The notes under the pieces were generated by a model that was given only the letters and a program-made list of their open reading frames with translations, did no database searches and was not told the DNA's origin. Shown here piece by piece: positions 63,042-64,000 of a stretch of DNA of 64,000 bases (within the stretch, counting starts at the first letter, position 1; each line of letters starts with the position of its first letter). The translations under genes and the position numbers were made by a program. The DNA comes from a virus: IMG/VR virus record IMGVR_UViG_2788500025_000001, positions 36,163-100,162 of that record; one strand, written 5' to 3'.

Positions 63042-63998
63042 TCAGATGAACGAAACGACGATGGAGTCAACTTGAATGGCGGGGTTCGCGATCTCAATCT
63101 CCATGAAGATACCGTCCTCGCAAGAGAAGCCTCCGAAGGTGATGTTGACGGTGTTGCCACTGCTTGTGGCTTCCCGGATGTAGGACCCCGCCACGGTCGC
63201 GCCGTCATCGAACACAGCGAAGTTGTAGAGCCCCCCGTGAACCCGGAGAGGGTTCGCCCCTGGTCCGGTGCTTCCACCTGTGGCTGAGGCCACACGACGG
63301 ACGTAGACCCGAAGGTCTTCGGCTGCCAGGTCGGTGGTGGCCGTCCCCAGGAAGGACCCTGCGAAGTTCAAGGTCATGGAGGAACGGTTCAACCCGCTCG
63401 TGTCCACGAAGGCCCGGTAGTAGGACACCGTGCCGCCCAGGGCCGTGTAGTCAGGCCCCCCTGCGGGGTTGTAGGTGGTCCAATCCACTACGGGAGCCTG
63501 GTTGGGCACACATAGTTTCCCGTCGCAGACCATCGCCTCGCCGGGCACCAGGGTCGTGACACTGTTCCAGTTGCCTGTCGTGGTGCCTCCGTTGTAGCCA
63601 GAGTCTTGTCGTCGAGCCTCGTCGTTGAAGTACTCAGCGGTGTTTGTGCTGCTCGTCCCGTAGGTATCGGCCACCAGGGGGAACGCAGGGCTCGCGACTG
63701 AACCTCCCGAGGCCCAGGTGTCCCTGGCCTGGGCGGTCGCGACGAGGTTGTTCGCCAGAAGCCGGTAGTTGCTTCCGGTGAGTGCCCAGTCCGTCTTGGA
63801 GTAGGTGACCCCATCAACGGTGTTCACGTTCGTCCAGCCCGCGAAGTTGGCGGCCCCGGCCCCGAAGGGACATTGGTTCAATGTGGGGAGTCTGCCTCCA
63901 ACCCCGGACGGGGTGATGCTGAGGTTGTTCGACGTCCGGGCTGTGTTCCGCATCAACTGGTCGATGCCTGTGACCCCAGTCGTGAATCGGCTCGCGGT
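63042..63998 (-). CDS. Structural protein (5' partial, frame open to window edge)
   Basis: Thr/Gly/Asn-rich beta sequence; no stop upstream within the window. Confidence 0.7.
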   Translation of the reverse strand, partial: TASRFTTGVTGIDQLMRNTARTSNNLSITPSGVGGRLPTLNQCPFGAGAANFAGWTNVNTVDGVTYSKTDWALTGSNYRLLANNLVATAQARDTWASGGSVASPAFPLVADTYGTSSTNTAEYFNDEARRQDSGYNGGTTTGNWNSVTTLVPGEAMVCDGKLCVPNQAPVVDWTTYNPAGGPDYTALGGTVSYYRAFVDTSGLNRSSMTLNFAGSFLGTATTDLAAEDLRVYVRRVASATGGSTGPGANPLRVHGGLYNFAVFDDGATVAGSYIREATSSGNTVNITFGGFSCEDGIFMEIEIANPAIQVDSIVVSFI

Positions 63999-64000
63999 CT

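Larger units (their letters stand above)
1..64000. mobile_element. Jumbo tailed phage (contractile tail) genome segment
   Basis: TerL, portal, protease, scaffold, MCP, tail sheath and endolysin plus a phage-type replication module; no host housekeeping operons seen. Confidence 0.93.

Noticed and set aside
1-64000. Alternative genetic code (general stop reassignment)
   Set aside because: Genes pack tightly with TAG, TGA and TAA all used as stops; only one local TGA anomaly at 15862

Overview
The whole 64 kb window looks like part of a GC-rich jumbo myophage genome. A Myxococcota-like host is inferred from a MYXO-CTERM/TSP3/OmpA protein. Positions 1-14.2 kb hold a replication/recombination and transcription module: SbcD/Mre11, a split SbcC/Rad50, an N4/N6 methyltransferase, a Cas4/RecB-like nuclease, a beta-clamp-like protein, DnaX, a TOPRIM primase, a NusG-like protein and a tandem sigma-4-like HTH protein. 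Positions 14.2-59.2 kb are a + strand late region: a 1721-aa tail sheath, endolysin, TerL, portal, prohead protease, scaffold, decoration proteins and major capsid protein. Positions 59.2-64 kb hold a candidate structured ncRNA, a deoxynucleoside kinase and minus-strand structural genes. The most striking features are four. (1) A motif CGGTAG-N5-CTAT occurs exactly 12 times, always just upstream of late genes. (2) Many late proteins share short leaders (LRxILAxEGL; LTAxDRxxLIRLAS; RVAxR[YWF]) and [KR]-x-A sites at domain borders. This suggests a capsid-addressing and protease-release system for injected cargo, including a CCA-adding/poly(A)-polymerase-family enzyme, a PAP2 phosphatase + ART-like + topoisomerase IB polyprotein, a Dps domain and a C39 peptidase. 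(3) A four-way-junction RNA lies behind a sigma70-like promoter. (4) The capsid operon has a hairpin-dense leader. All family calls come from visual motif recognition; no searches were run.
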